DNA of 64,000 nt from Acidimicrobiales bacterium. GTDB taxonomy: Bacteria; Actinomycetota; Acidimicrobiia; Acidimicrobiales; RAAP-2. The position numbers and the translations under genes are program-made. Location: contig DATKRB010000056.1 of assembly GCA_035532415.1 (NCBI GenBank), forward strand, positions 11,435 to 75,434, in the 5' to 3' direction. Positions within the stretch are counted from its first letter, which is position 1, and every line of letters starts with the position of its first letter. The notes under the pieces are model-generated. The model was given only the letters and a program-made list of their open reading frames with translations, did no database searches and was not told the origin of the DNA. Positions 45,689 to 54,712 of this stretch are shown here, piece after piece.

Positions 45689-46097
45689 TCACACGGCCGT
45701 GACCAGCGCTGTTGCAATATCGAGGTCTGAGCGCACCGCCGGGTCGGGCAGCCAGATGGCGGGGACGAGATCCCGGCGGGAGAGCTCGGCGAGGACCCAG
45801 GCGTCGACGCGGTCCGTTTTGCAGCGAGAGGGGCCAGTTTTTGACTTTCCTCGCGCCGGCGATCTCCACTGACCAGCACTCGAGCTCGAGGGTGTCATGC
45901 ACGAAGCGCGCGCCGTTCATCGACTCGATGACCGACAGCACGTTCTCGTTGCCGTGGTCCCTTCGGACACAGCGGACGAGCGACCGCAGGCTGTCACGGT
46001 CAGGCGGTGCCGTGGTCACCTCCAGCGTCGAGCCGTCCTCGGCGAGGAGGTGCACATCGAGGCGACGTCGAGATAGATCCAGTCCAGCGTGCAACAT
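45689..46097 (-). pseudogene. IS110-family transposase remnant (N-terminal DEDD domain only, frameshifted)
   Basis: MLHAGLDLSRRRLDVHLLAEDGS...VIESMNGARFVHDTLE in one frame. CKTDRVDAWVLAELSRRDLVPAIWLPDPAVR is in another frame (ORF 45689..45898). The C-terminal transposase domain is absent. Confidence 0.75.
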
Positions 46098-46193
46098 GGT
46101 GGTAAGGCCTCCCTTGGTGATGGGGTTTCCGGTGACAACAACGCTGTCGCCGGGGGAGGCCCCTCTTCATGCCATTCGAATACGGCGGCGATT

Positions 46194-46270
46194 TGGTGGA
46201 GACGATGGGACTCGAACCCACGACCCCCTGCTTGCAAAGCAGGTGCTCTAGCCAGCTGAGCTACGTCCCC
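46194..46270 (-). tRNA. tRNA-Ala (anticodon TGC), CCA encoded
   Basis: The reverse complement is GGGGACGTAGCTCAGCTGGCTAGAGCACCTGCTTTGCAAGCAGGGGGTCGTGGGTTCGAGTCCCATCGTCTCCACCA. The G3:U70 identity pair is present. Confidence 0.95.
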
Positions 46271-46579
46271 AGGAGCGCTCCGAGACGTGGCCCGGCACCA
46301 CGCGCGTCAGAGGTGGACCTGCTCGGCAATCATAGGGCAACCGGGAGGGCGGCGGCTCCCAGCCCTCACCGGCGGGCGCCATCCCGGGACCCGTCGCCAT
46401 CAGCCGAGCACCACAGCGACGCCGTACGCACTCTCCGTCACCATCCTGTTCGATAGGGTCCACATCCACGCCGCGCCACGTCGTGGTCTCCGGGAAACCA
46501 GGGCGGAAGAGCAGGGTCGGGAGGGGATTGCCGAGATGCGAGGGACCTGCCAGGGCGGCCGGATCGGGAGGACCCGGGA

Positions 46580-47467
46580 ATGAAGCCCTCTCGCTTCCGG
46601 TACCACCGCCCCGGGACGATCGCCGACGCCGTCGGACTGCTCGCCGAGCACGGCGAGGACGCCAAGCCACTCGCCGGTGGCCAGAGCCTGGTCGCGCTGC
46701 TCGCGCTCCGACTCACCAGCTTCGAGCACCTGGTGGACCTCAATCGGATCCCCGAGCTGCAGGGCGTCTCCACCGACGACCAGGGTGACGAGCAGGGCGC
46801 GGTGACGATCGGGGCCATGACCCGCCAGTCCGCGGTGGAGCGGTCGGGCGATGTCGCTCGGCTGGTCCCTCTCCTTGCCAGGGCGGTCCCGTTCATCGGT
46901 CACTTTCAGATCCGCAATCGCGGGACCATCGGCGGTTCTATCGCCCACGCCGACCCCGCGTCCGAGCTGCCGGCCGTGGCCCTCGCCCTCGACGCCCGGG
47001 TCCTGGCGACGAGCACCGCCGGGACCCGGACGGTCCCGGCGTCGGACCTCTTCTCGTCGACATGGACCACCACGCTCGAGCCGGGCGAGATCCTGACCGG
47101 CGTCACGTTCCCGGTGTGGGGCCCGAGGAGCGGCTTCGCGGTGGAGGAACTGGCGCGCCGCAGGGGGGACTTCGCCATCGCCGGGACCGTCTGCGGCATC
47201 CGGCTCGACGCCGCCGGGTTGATCGACCGGGCGGCGATCGCCCTGATGGGGATGGGGGACACGCCGGTCCGGTGCCATGCCGCCGAGGCGCTCCTCGTCG
47301 GGTCGGCACCGGACTCGGCGGAGCCTGCGGCCGTCGCCGCCGAGGCGATCGACGCCACCGAGCCCCCCGACGACATTCACGCGCCCGCGAGTTACCGGCG
47401 GCGCGTCGGCGCCCACCTGGTCGCCCGGGCGCTGGCCAGTTCGATCAGGGAGGCGGTCCATGGATGA
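46580..47467 (+). CDS. xanthine dehydrogenase/CO dehydrogenase family FAD-binding (medium, CoxM-type) subunit
   Basis: FRYHRPGTIADAVGLL...AKPLAGGQSLV...IRNRGTIGGSIAHADP. Confidence 0.9.
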   Translation: MKPSRFRYHRPGTIADAVGLLAEHGEDAKPLAGGQSLVALLALRLTSFEHLVDLNRIPELQGVSTDDQGDEQGAVTIGAMTRQSAVERSGDVARLVPLLARAVPFIGHFQIRNRGTIGGSIAHADPASELPAVALALDARVLATSTAGTRTVPASDLFSSTWTTTLEPGEILTGVTFPVWGPRSGFAVEELARRRGDFAIAGTVCGIRLDAAGLIDRAAIALMGMGDTPVRCHAAEALLVGSAPDSAEPAAVAAEAIDATEPPDDIHAPASYRRRVGAHLVARALASSIREAVHG

Positions 47468-47933
47468 GATCGACATCCGGCTGTCCGTGAACGGCGAGCC
47501 CGTGCACGGGCGGGCCGAGGCGCGCAAGACCCTGGCCGACTTCCTCCGCGAGGACGGCGGCCTCACCGGGACCCACCTGGCCTGTGAGCACGGGGTGTGC
47601 GGAGCATGCACGGTCCTCCTCGACGGCGAGGCCGTCCGGTCCTGCCTCCTGTTCGCCGTGCAGGCCGAGGGTTCGGAGGTGACCACCGTCGAGGGGCTCT
47701 CGCCTCCCGACGGGACCCTCAGCCCCGTGCAAGGGGCGTTCTGGGAGAACCACGGGCTCCAGTGCGGCTTCTGCACGCCGGGTTTCGTCGTGTCGGTCAC
47801 CGCCTTCCTCCGGCGGAACCCCGACCCGACCGACGAGGAGATCCGCGAGGGCCTGTCGGGGAACCTCTGCCGCTGCACGGGCTACCAGGGGATCGTGAGG
47901 GCCGTCCGCGCCGCGGCGAGGGCGTCGGCATGA
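47460..47933 (+). CDS. (2Fe-2S)-binding small (CoxS-type) subunit
   Basis: THLACEHGVCGACTVLLDG, QCGFCTPGF, NLCRCTGY. Overlaps the upstream gene by 8 nt. Confidence 0.95.
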   Translation: MDEIDIRLSVNGEPVHGRAEARKTLADFLREDGGLTGTHLACEHGVCGACTVLLDGEAVRSCLLFAVQAEGSEVTTVEGLSPPDGTLSPVQGAFWENHGLQCGFCTPGFVVSVTAFLRRNPDPTDEEIREGLSGNLCRCTGYQGIVRAVRAAARASA

Positions 47934-50309
47934 CCGAGAGCCCGCAACGAGCCGCGCCTTCGGCTCCCGCCGCACCGGCGACCGGCGGGACCGGCGCTCC
48001 TTCGGCGATCGGTCGCCTGGTCGGCCAGCGGGTGAGGCGCAAGGAGGACCCCCGCCTGCTCACCGGGCACGGCCGCTATCTCGACGACGTCGTGCTTCCC
48101 GGGATGCTGCACGCCCACTTCCTGCGCAGTGACGTCGCCCGGGCCCGGATCACCCGGATCGACACCACCGCCGCCAGGGCCGCCGAAGGGGTCGTCGCCG
48201 TCCTCACCGCCGCCGACCTCAACCCCCACCTGGTCGGCGACATGCACGGGACCCTTTCGCCGGACAACCCCGGTCCCCTGCTCCCCCTGGCCGAGCACGA
48301 CGTCCGCCACGTGGGCGACCCGGTGGCGTTGATCGTCGCCTCCAACCGCTACCTGGCCGAGGACGCGGCGGAGCTCGTTGAGGTGGAGTACGAGACGCTG
48401 CCGCCCGTCGTCGACATGGAGCAGGCGTTGAGCAGCGACGACATCGTCGTCCACGCCGAGCTGTCCGACAACCTCTGCAGCCGGATGGAGGAGCCGATCG
48501 ACGACGAGCTCCGGCGGATCTTCGACACCGCCCCCTACGTCATCACCGAGACCGTGCTCCAGCACCGGTACCTCCCGGTCCCCATGGAGACCCGCGGGGT
48601 CATCGCCGTTTGGGACCGCCACACCGGGCAGCTCGAGATCCGGATCTCCACCCAGTCCCCCCACGACGTCCGCACCACCGCAGGCCGCATCACCGGGGTG
48701 CCGGAGCACCAGATCCGGGTGATCATGGGCGACGTCGGAGGCGGCTTCGGGCAGAAGGCCTACGTCGCCCGGGACGAGCAGGTGGTGATCCTGGCCGCCC
48801 ACAAGCTCGGCCGCGCCGTGAAGTGGGTGGAGGACCGGCACGAGAACCTGGTCGCGGCCACGCACTCCCGCACCGAACGGGTGACCGTCACCCTGGCCGC
48901 CGACGAGTCGGGGCAGTTGCTGGGCGCCCACATCGACCACCTCGACGACGCGGGCGCGTACCCGGTGATGGGCTCGGGAGGCGCCGGGGCCTTCGTCGTC
49001 ATGATGTTCAGCGGGCCCTACCGCCTGCCGAAGCTGGCCTACCGGACCACCTCGGTGTACACGAACACCTGCACCCGGGCGCCCTATCGGGGGCCCTGGC
49101 AGGCCGAGACCCTCGCCCGCGAGCAGGTGATGGACGTCCTGGCCCACCGGATCGGGATCGACCCGGTGGAATTGCGCCGTCGCAACGTCGTGCACCGTTC
49201 CGAGCTGCCCTACACGATGCCGGGCGGGATGCCCATCGCGGAGGTGTCCCCCGAGGAGACGCTCGACCAGGCCATGACGATGATCGACCACCCGGGGTTC
49301 CGGGTCGAGCAGGCGCGGGCGCTCGACACCGGTCGCTACCTGGGGCTCGGGATCGGGCTCTACATCGAGCCCCAACCCGGCATGGGCCCCTACGGATCGG
49401 AGCCGGCCCAGATCCGTATGCAACCCGACGGTCATGTCGCCGTCTACCTGGGCTCGGGATCCCACGGGCAGGGGCTCGAGACGACCACCGCCCAGATCGT
49501 CGCCGAGCACCTGGGGATCGAGCCCGAGGACGTGTCGGTGCACCAGGGCGACACCGACGCCACGCCCTACGCCTTCGGGACCGGCGGGAGCCGGAGCGGG
49601 CCCATCCTCGGGGCTGCCGTTCGCCAGACCGCGCTCGTCGCCCGTGAGAAGATCCTGGCGATCGCCGCCCACCTGCTCGAGGCGTCCCCCGACGATCTCG
49701 ACATCGACGGGGGGGGTCATCGCCGTCGCCGGGACGCCGGCCATCTCGGTCAACCTGGCCCAGGTGGCCATGACCGCCTACCTCAACCCGTCGGGGCTGC
49801 CGCCCGGGATGGACGCCGGGCTGGATTTCTCGAGCCGCTACCAGGCCCCGCCGTTCATGTTCTCCAACGCCTGCCACGCCTGCACGGTGGAGGTCGACCC
49901 GGTGACCGGGACGGTCACCATCCTGCGCTACGTCGTGAGCGAGGACTGCGGCGTCATGATCAACCCCAACATCGTCGAAGGGCAGATCGACGGGGGCGTC
50001 GTGCAGGGGATCGGGGGGGTCCTGTACGAGCACTTCGTGTACGACGGCGACGGCAACCCGCTGACCACCACCTTCCTCGACTACCTCCTCCCGACCGCCG
50101 CCGAGGTCCCCGAGATCGAGCACGGGCACATCGAGACCCCGGCGATGACGCCGGGGGGCTACAAGGGGGTCGGCGAGGGCGGGGCCATCGGCGCTCCGGC
50201 GGCGGTGGTGAACGCGGTAGCCGACGCGCTACGGGCGCTCGGCGTGGAGTCGCTGTCCCAGCCCCTGGGTCCCGCCCGCATCGTCGCCGCCATAGAGGCC
50301 GCCCGCTGA
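47930..50309 (+). pseudogene. molybdopterin-binding large (CoxL/XDH-type) subunit, frameshifted at a G8 run
   Basis: The N-terminal 593 codons are in the frame of ORF 47597..50545 (RKEDPRLLTG..., GGGFGQK, RAPYRGP). The C-terminal part VIAVAGTP...GYKGVGEGGAIGAPAAVVNAVADAL is in the frame of ORF 49434..50309. The switch is at GGGGGGGG 49709-49716. ATGA overlap with coxS at 47930. Confidence 0.85.
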
Positions 50310-50361
50310 CCACGCGGCATGCGGGCGCGAGAGGTCCTGCACCCGAGAGCTCGTCCGGGCC

Positions 50362-51762
50362 CTACAGGTGGCTGAAGCCTCCCGCCTCCTGGGGGGTCAT
50401 CCCGACGGTAACCGGGTGCTTGTCGAAGTGGGCGATCGCCGCCTGCAGGTCGTCGAGCAGGATGCTCGCCAGGTCACGGCTCACCCCTTGGCGGACGAGC
50501 ACCCGCTGCACCACGATGTCCGACGCCGTGCCGGTCAGCGAGTAGGCCGGTACCTGCCAGCCCCGGACGCGCAGCCGGTCGGCCAGGTCGAAGAGACTGA
50601 AACCGGGATCCTGGCCATCCCTGATCCGCCAGGTCACCGCCGGGATGCCCTCCGCGGGGTCGCTCTCGCAGAGCAGCTCGAACGGTCCGAGCTCGGGGAT
50701 CCTGGCGGCCAGGTACTGCCCCGTCGCGTAGGAGGCCTCGTGCACGGCCCGGTAGCCCTCGCGGCCGAGGCGGACGAACTCGTAGTACTGGGAGATGATC
50801 TGCCCGGCGGGACGGGAGAAGTTGATCTGGAAGTCCGGCATGTCGCCGCCGAGGTAGTTGACGTGAAAGACGAGGTCCGCGGGAAGGTCGCCGACGTCGC
50901 GCCAGATCACCCAGCCCACGCCCAACGGAGCGAGCCCGAACTTGTGCCCCGAGGTGCTCATCGACTTCACCCGGGGGATACGGAAGTCGAAGGCGACCTC
51001 CGGCGCGCAGAACGGGGCGAGGAACGCGCCGCTGGCCCCGTCCACGTGCATGTCGACGTCGATGCCCTTCTGCTCGGCCAGCGTGTCGAGCGCCTGGGAC
51101 AGCTCGAGCACGGGCTCGTACCGGCCCGTATAGGTCACCCCGAAGGTCGGGACCACGAGGATCGTGTTCTCGTCGATCCGCTCGAGCATCTGCTCGGGCT
51201 CCATCCGGTACCGGCCGGGCGCCATGGGCACCTCGCGCATCTCGACGTCCCAGTACTTGGCGAACTTGTGCCACACCACCTGCACCGGCCCGCAGACGAT
51301 GTTCGGCCGGTCCGTCGGCCTCCCCTCGGCCGCCCGCCGGGCCCGCCAACGCCACTTGGCCGCCAACCCGCCGAGCATGCACCCCTCCGACGAGCCGAGG
51401 GTGGAGGTGCCCACCGCGCTCGCCGCGCCGGGTGCGTTCCACAGGTCGGCCAGCATGTGCACGCACCGCCGCTCGATCTCCGCGGACTGGGGGTACTCGT
51501 CGCGGTCGACGAGGTTCTTGTCGATGGCCAGGTCCATCAGCTGATGGACCTCCGGCTCCTCCCAGGTCTGGCAGAACGTGGCGAGGTTCTGCCGGGCATT
51601 GCCGTCGAGCAGCAGCTCGTCGTGGATCGCCTGATAGGCCATCTTCGGGAGGGTCTGAGCCTCCGGGAAGGAGGTCTTCGGAAGGGCGGTGGCCAGGTCC
51701 TTCGACGCGAAGAGCGCGTCCGTCAGCTCCGAGCGAGGGGTGCGGCGCGTATGGAGAGCCAT
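50362..51762 (-). CDS. gad: glutamate decarboxylase (PLP-dependent, group II)
   Basis: 466 aa. [38 protein letters not shown] (PLP-binding Lys), INFSRPAGQ. Confidence 0.95.
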   Translation of the reverse strand: MALHTRRTPRSELTDALFASKDLATALPKTSFPEAQTLPKMAYQAIHDELLLDGNARQNLATFCQTWEEPEVHQLMDLAIDKNLVDRDEYPQSAEIERRCVHMLADLWNAPGAASAVGTSTLGSSEGCMLGGLAAKWRWRARRAAEGRPTDRPNIVCGPVQVVWHKFAKYWDVEMREVPMAPGRYRMEPEQMLERIDENTILVVPTFGVTYTGRYEPVLELSQALDTLAEQKGIDVDMHVDGASGAFLAPFCAPEVAFDFRIPRVKSMSTSGHKFGLAPLGVGWVIWRDVGDLPADLVFHVNYLGGDMPDFQINFSRPAGQIISQYYEFVRLGREGYRAVHEASYATGQYLAARIPELGPFELLCESDPAEGIPAVTWRIRDGQDPGFSLFDLADRLRVRGWQVPAYSLTGTASDIVVQRVLVRQGVSRDLASILLDDLQAAIAHFDKHPVTVGMTPQEAGGFSHL

Positions 51763-51801
51763 GCGGCGACGGTACCCCCTCGGGCGGGATGCCGGCCAGG
51801 G

Positions 51802-52554
51802 TCAGCCGTACGCTGCGGCCCGGACGGCCTCCCTGATGGCGGCGATGGACCGGAACGAGCCGCGCGCTGCCATCAGGGCGGGGAAGGTCACGCGGAACTC
51901 CTCCTCCACGGCGAGGAGGACGTTGATGCTGGCGTGGGAGGTGAGACCCGAGCGGTACAGGTCGTCGTCCTCGCCGATCGTCACCACGTCGTCGGGAAGG
52001 CGACCATGGTCGTCGAGGAGCGAGCGGATGCGGTCGTCGAGCTCGTCCCCGTCCCCACGGCCGGTCGACCGGCTCGGACGGGCGCCGCCCGACGAGGGGG
52101 GGAGCTGCTTGCACATGGCGGTCACCACCGCCGACGCCGTCCCGCCGCCGTGGCTGATGCTCACGCCGATCCGTCCGATCCCCGCCTCCGTCGCGGCGCG
52201 GGCCACCTCACCCGACAGGCCCAACCCGCAGGCACCCTCGGGGTGGTGGAGCACCTCAACGGAGCGGAGGTCGGAAAGCACCCCCGAGGCCTCGAGCACT
52301 CTCAGGGTGGCCGACTTGGCCGCGAACCGGGTGGCAAGGCCGGCGTTCGCGTTCGCGTTCGCGTTCGCGTTCGCGTTCGCGGCGCCGGGAACGCTGCCAC
52401 AGGTCCGTAGCTCGTGATCGGTGTAGACCCTGCGCAGATAGCGGTCGCCGAACCGGTCGATCGATCCCCGGACGTCCCGGACCCGTACCAGGTCCACCGC
52501 GACCCGGCAGGTCGGGACGCCCACGCCGGGATCCTTCACCGCACCCTCCGTCAT
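51802..52554 (-). CDS. fusion protein: AcpS-like 4'-phosphopantetheinyl transferase domain + acyl carrier protein domain
   Basis: N-terminal domain: VAVDLVRVRDV...RVYTDHEL...LATRFAAKSATLRVL...VSISHGGGTASAVV (AcpS pattern, but with FAAKSA instead of FAAKEA). C-terminal domain: DDDLYRSGLTSHASINVLLAVEEEF (carrier-protein Ser context). The ATG overlaps the upstream TGA (ATGA). Confidence 0.7.
   Translation of the reverse strand: MTEGAVKDPGVGVPTCRVAVDLVRVRDVRGSIDRFGDRYLRRVYTDHELRTCGSVPGAANANANANANANAGLATRFAAKSATLRVLEASGVLSDLRSVEVLHHPEGACGLGLSGEVARAATEAGIGRIGVSISHGGGTASAVVTAMCKQLPPSSGGARPSRSTGRGDGDELDDRIRSLLDDHGRLPDDVVTIGEDDDLYRSGLTSHASINVLLAVEEEFRVTFPALMAARGSFRSIAAIREAVRAAAYG
52343..52380. repeat. 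hexanucleotide tandem repeat GCGTTC x6.3 (encodes (AN)6 on the minus strand)
   Basis: Exact units inside the AcpS-like domain, in the loop between the two AcpS core motifs. Confidence 0.95.
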
Positions 52555-53918
52555 TGCGCACCCATCTGGGCGATCGCGCGGCGAAGGACGTCCTCGGCCC
52601 CGAGGATGCCGTCGGCGCCAACCGTCGTCAACGCCGACCGGACGGCCACCCCGGAGGTCCCCTCCGCGATGCTCCTGGTCGCGTCCACGAGGCGGCGCTC
52701 GATGGCTGCAGCGTCGCCCGAGCCGGTCTTGACCTCGGCCACCACCGCGAACGTGCCGCGCCCGATCCGGCCGAGGAGATCGCCGTTGCGCACGAGATCG
52801 CCCAACCGGTCCGCCACCGCCCTGAGGAGCGGATCGGGCACCGGTTCGGAGGTCGGTCCGGAAGACCGGAGATCGACCAGCACGAGTGCCACGCAGCCCC
52901 CACCCGACCTGCGCAACGCGCCCAACGCGCCCCCCAGGTGCACCAACACCGACGGCAGCCGGGCCAGTCCGGTCAGCGGGTCGAGTCCCAGGATGGTCCC
53001 GAGGACGTCACCTGCCTCGGGGACGGCCTCAACGGAGAGTGGCCGATGCGACCCGGCCGGAGGGGACGTGCTGGGGGCAGGGGCCGGCGGTTCGCTCGGG
53101 GCAAGGGGCGGGGCCGGAGGGGCCGGAGGTTCGCTCGGGGCCGGCGAGACGCTCGGGGCCGGCGGTTCGCTCGGGGCCGGCGGGGGGGTGCCCGGAACAG
53201 GGGGAGTGCCCGGCGAGAAGGCGCCGGCCCCTCGGTACCATTCGACAACCGGGACCGAGGCCGCCACGTCGAGGAGCGCCTCCGAGTGGACGGCGGCCTG
53301 CTCGCGGACGGGGCGGGGCGGGGCGGGGGGCGGGGCGGGGGGCGCTGCCGCCAGGATGCGGGAGCTCGGCTCGAACCCCTCGGCGCCGCCCGACTCCTCA
53401 GCCGGAGCGGGCCGCTCGTCGGCCACCACGGTGAAGACGTTCTCAACGACTTCCTGGCGGGCCCGCAGGTACGAGGTCAGACGGGCGGCCATGGTGCCGA
53501 GCAGATCGAGGTGCTCCTGCTCGAACTGCCCGCTGGCCGGTTCGGCCACGCACAGCAGGCCCCAAGGGCGGTCGGCGGCGGCCAGGTCGCTCAGGGGAGC
53601 CACGGCCAGCTTGATCTGATGGTTCTGGCCCGGCCAGTTCTCTCCGGGGAGCCGGCCACTGCGCACCAGCACCCTGCCTCCGCTCAGGTGGGGATCGGCC
53701 CAGGTCTGGTGGACCAGCTCGTCGACCGCCTCGACGGTCCACACCGTGTCGGCACCGAGCGGGGGGAAGGTCGCCAGCGCGAACGTGCCGTCGGCGTTGC
53801 GCAGCGCGGCGAAGGCGACCGCCACCCCGCATTGGGCCCTCGCCATCCGGAGGAGGTTGACGACACCTCCCTGCGCACCGCTGTCCATGGTCACCTTCTC
53901 CGTCACCGAGACCTGCAC
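52551..53918 (-). CDS. GAF domain - Pro-rich linker - degenerate GGDEF domain protein
   Basis: GTG at 53918 preceded by GGGAGGAG (7-nt spacer). GAF-like region: AVAPLSDLAAADRPWGLLCVAEP...EHLDLLGTMAARL. The C-terminal GGDEF fold LDPLTGLARL...ALVLVDL...GDLLGRIGRGTFAVVAEV has GRGTF in place of GGDEF. Confidence 0.7.
   Translation of the reverse strand: MQVSVTEKVTMDSGAQGGVVNLLRMARAQCGVAVAFAALRNADGTFALATFPPLGADTVWTVEAVDELVHQTWADPHLSGGRVLVRSGRLPGENWPGQNHQIKLAVAPLSDLAAADRPWGLLCVAEPASGQFEQEHLDLLGTMAARLTSYLRARQEVVENVFTVVADERPAPAEESGGAEGFEPSSRILAAAPPAPPPAPPRPVREQAAVHSEALLDVAASVPVVEWYRGAGAFSPGTPPVPGTPPPAPSEPPAPSVSPAPSEPPAPPAPPLAPSEPPAPAPSTSPPAGSHRPLSVEAVPEAGDVLGTILGLDPLTGLARLPSVLVHLGGALGALRRSGGGCVALVLVDLRSSGPTSEPVPDPLLRAVADRLGDLVRNGDLLGRIGRGTFAVVAEVKTGSGDAAAIERRLVDATRSIAEGTSGVAVRSALTTVGADGILGAEDVLRRAIAQMGAQ
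53082..53180. repeat. imperfect 18-21-bp repeats (GGCCGGCGGTTCGCTCGGGG variants x4) encoding an APSEPPAP-type linker
   Basis: Four related units seen in the sequence. They encode PAPSEPPAPSVSPAPSEPPAPPAPPLAPSEPPAP. Confidence 0.8.
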
Positions 53919-54055
53919 CTCGCATTCTCCTCCCGCGGGCGGGGCCGGTGATCCCTTCGCCCTCCGTACGGAGCGAGTGCCGCCGATCTCGCCGCCCGAC
54001 CCTCGTCCGTCGTGCACCTGCAGGGTAGATGGACGCCGTCCCGGCGTCGTCTGCC

Positions 54056-54712
54056 CTACGTCCCCCCTCGGCTGTCCGGCTCCCGGTCCGACGGCGGCGG
54101 GTGCGGCGGCTGCTCGGCCGGGAGCGAAGAGCCCGGCGGGGACTGCCACGGGGGCGCCAGGTCCGGCTCGAGCACGAAGGTCGCCGCCGTACCCGTCTGC
54201 GGCGGCCAGGGCCCGTGACGGGCAAAGGGGCGGTAGAGCGTCATGACGCCCACCGTGGCATCCCACAAAGCGGTGTAGAGACAAGCCTCCGCACCGCGTT
54301 CACGGCACGTGGTCTCCACCACCGTTCCGCGGATCCCTCGGGCCATGGCCGGAACGGTCTCGAGTAATCCTCTGCTGAGCTCGCACGCGGCCCCCGAGCT
54401 CAGGTCGCCCAGTGGCAGGGCCCTCACCACCGCGCAACCCCGGCGGATCCGGATCACGTCGAACCGGACGCCGACGGCGACCAGCAACGGCCGCGCCTGC
54501 TCGAGCACGTCGAGCACGACGTCCAGACCGTCGGGCCGGGGGTTGGCCAGCAGGGGATGGACGGCCAGCCTCCGCCCGGCGGGACGCGCCCAGCCCGTGC
54601 CCGTTGGGAAACCCTCTTCGGGGAGCCCGACGAACCTCCGGATCTCGGATCCCGAGACCGTGAGCACGAAGGGGCGGGTACCCGGGAGCCGTCCACCCCT
54701 CCCGGGGGTCAC
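54056..54712 (-). CDS. V4R (4-vinyl reductase-type) domain protein with Pro-rich tail
   Basis: GTG at 54712 overlaps the TGA of the upstream GGDEF gene (GTGA). C-terminal core: CELSRGLLETVPAMARGIRGTVVETTCRERGAEACLYTALW, matching the V4R C..G...E..C..G...C pattern. Confidence 0.6.
   Translation of the reverse strand: MTPGRGGRLPGTRPFVLTVSGSEIRRFVGLPEEGFPTGTGWARPAGRRLAVHPLLANPRPDGLDVVLDVLEQARPLLVAVGVRFDVIRIRRGCAVVRALPLGDLSSGAACELSRGLLETVPAMARGIRGTVVETTCRERGAEACLYTALWDATVGVMTLYRPFARHGPWPPQTGTAATFVLEPDLAPPWQSPPGSSLPAEQPPHPPPSDREPDSRGGT

Larger units (their letters stand above)
43193..46270. mobile_element. degraded tRNA-Ala-associated islet (about 3 kb, no integrase left)
   Basis: Bounded by the intact tRNA-Ala and the 44-nt copy of its 3' half. 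Cargo is Fic, a DUF4160-like pseudogene with an HTH partner, and an IS110 transposase remnant. GC is locally lower at 45.2-45.7 kb. Confidence 0.55.

Noticed and set aside
45190-45879. 229-aa minus-strand ORF and other ORFs in 45257-45690
   Set aside because: The region has lower GC and several overlapping frames, none with motifs or a convincing start. It is treated as unassigned remnant sequence of the islet rather than a gene.
47882-49771. 629-aa ORF antisense to the molybdoenzyme large subunit (also 49008..50129, 48610..49647)
   Set aside because: Shadow ORFs opposite a gene with clear XDH/CoxL motifs.
50368-52410. 680-aa plus-strand ORF and 50474..52114 minus-strand ORF
   Set aside because: Antisense or alternate-frame to glutamate decarboxylase and the AcpS-ACP fusion.
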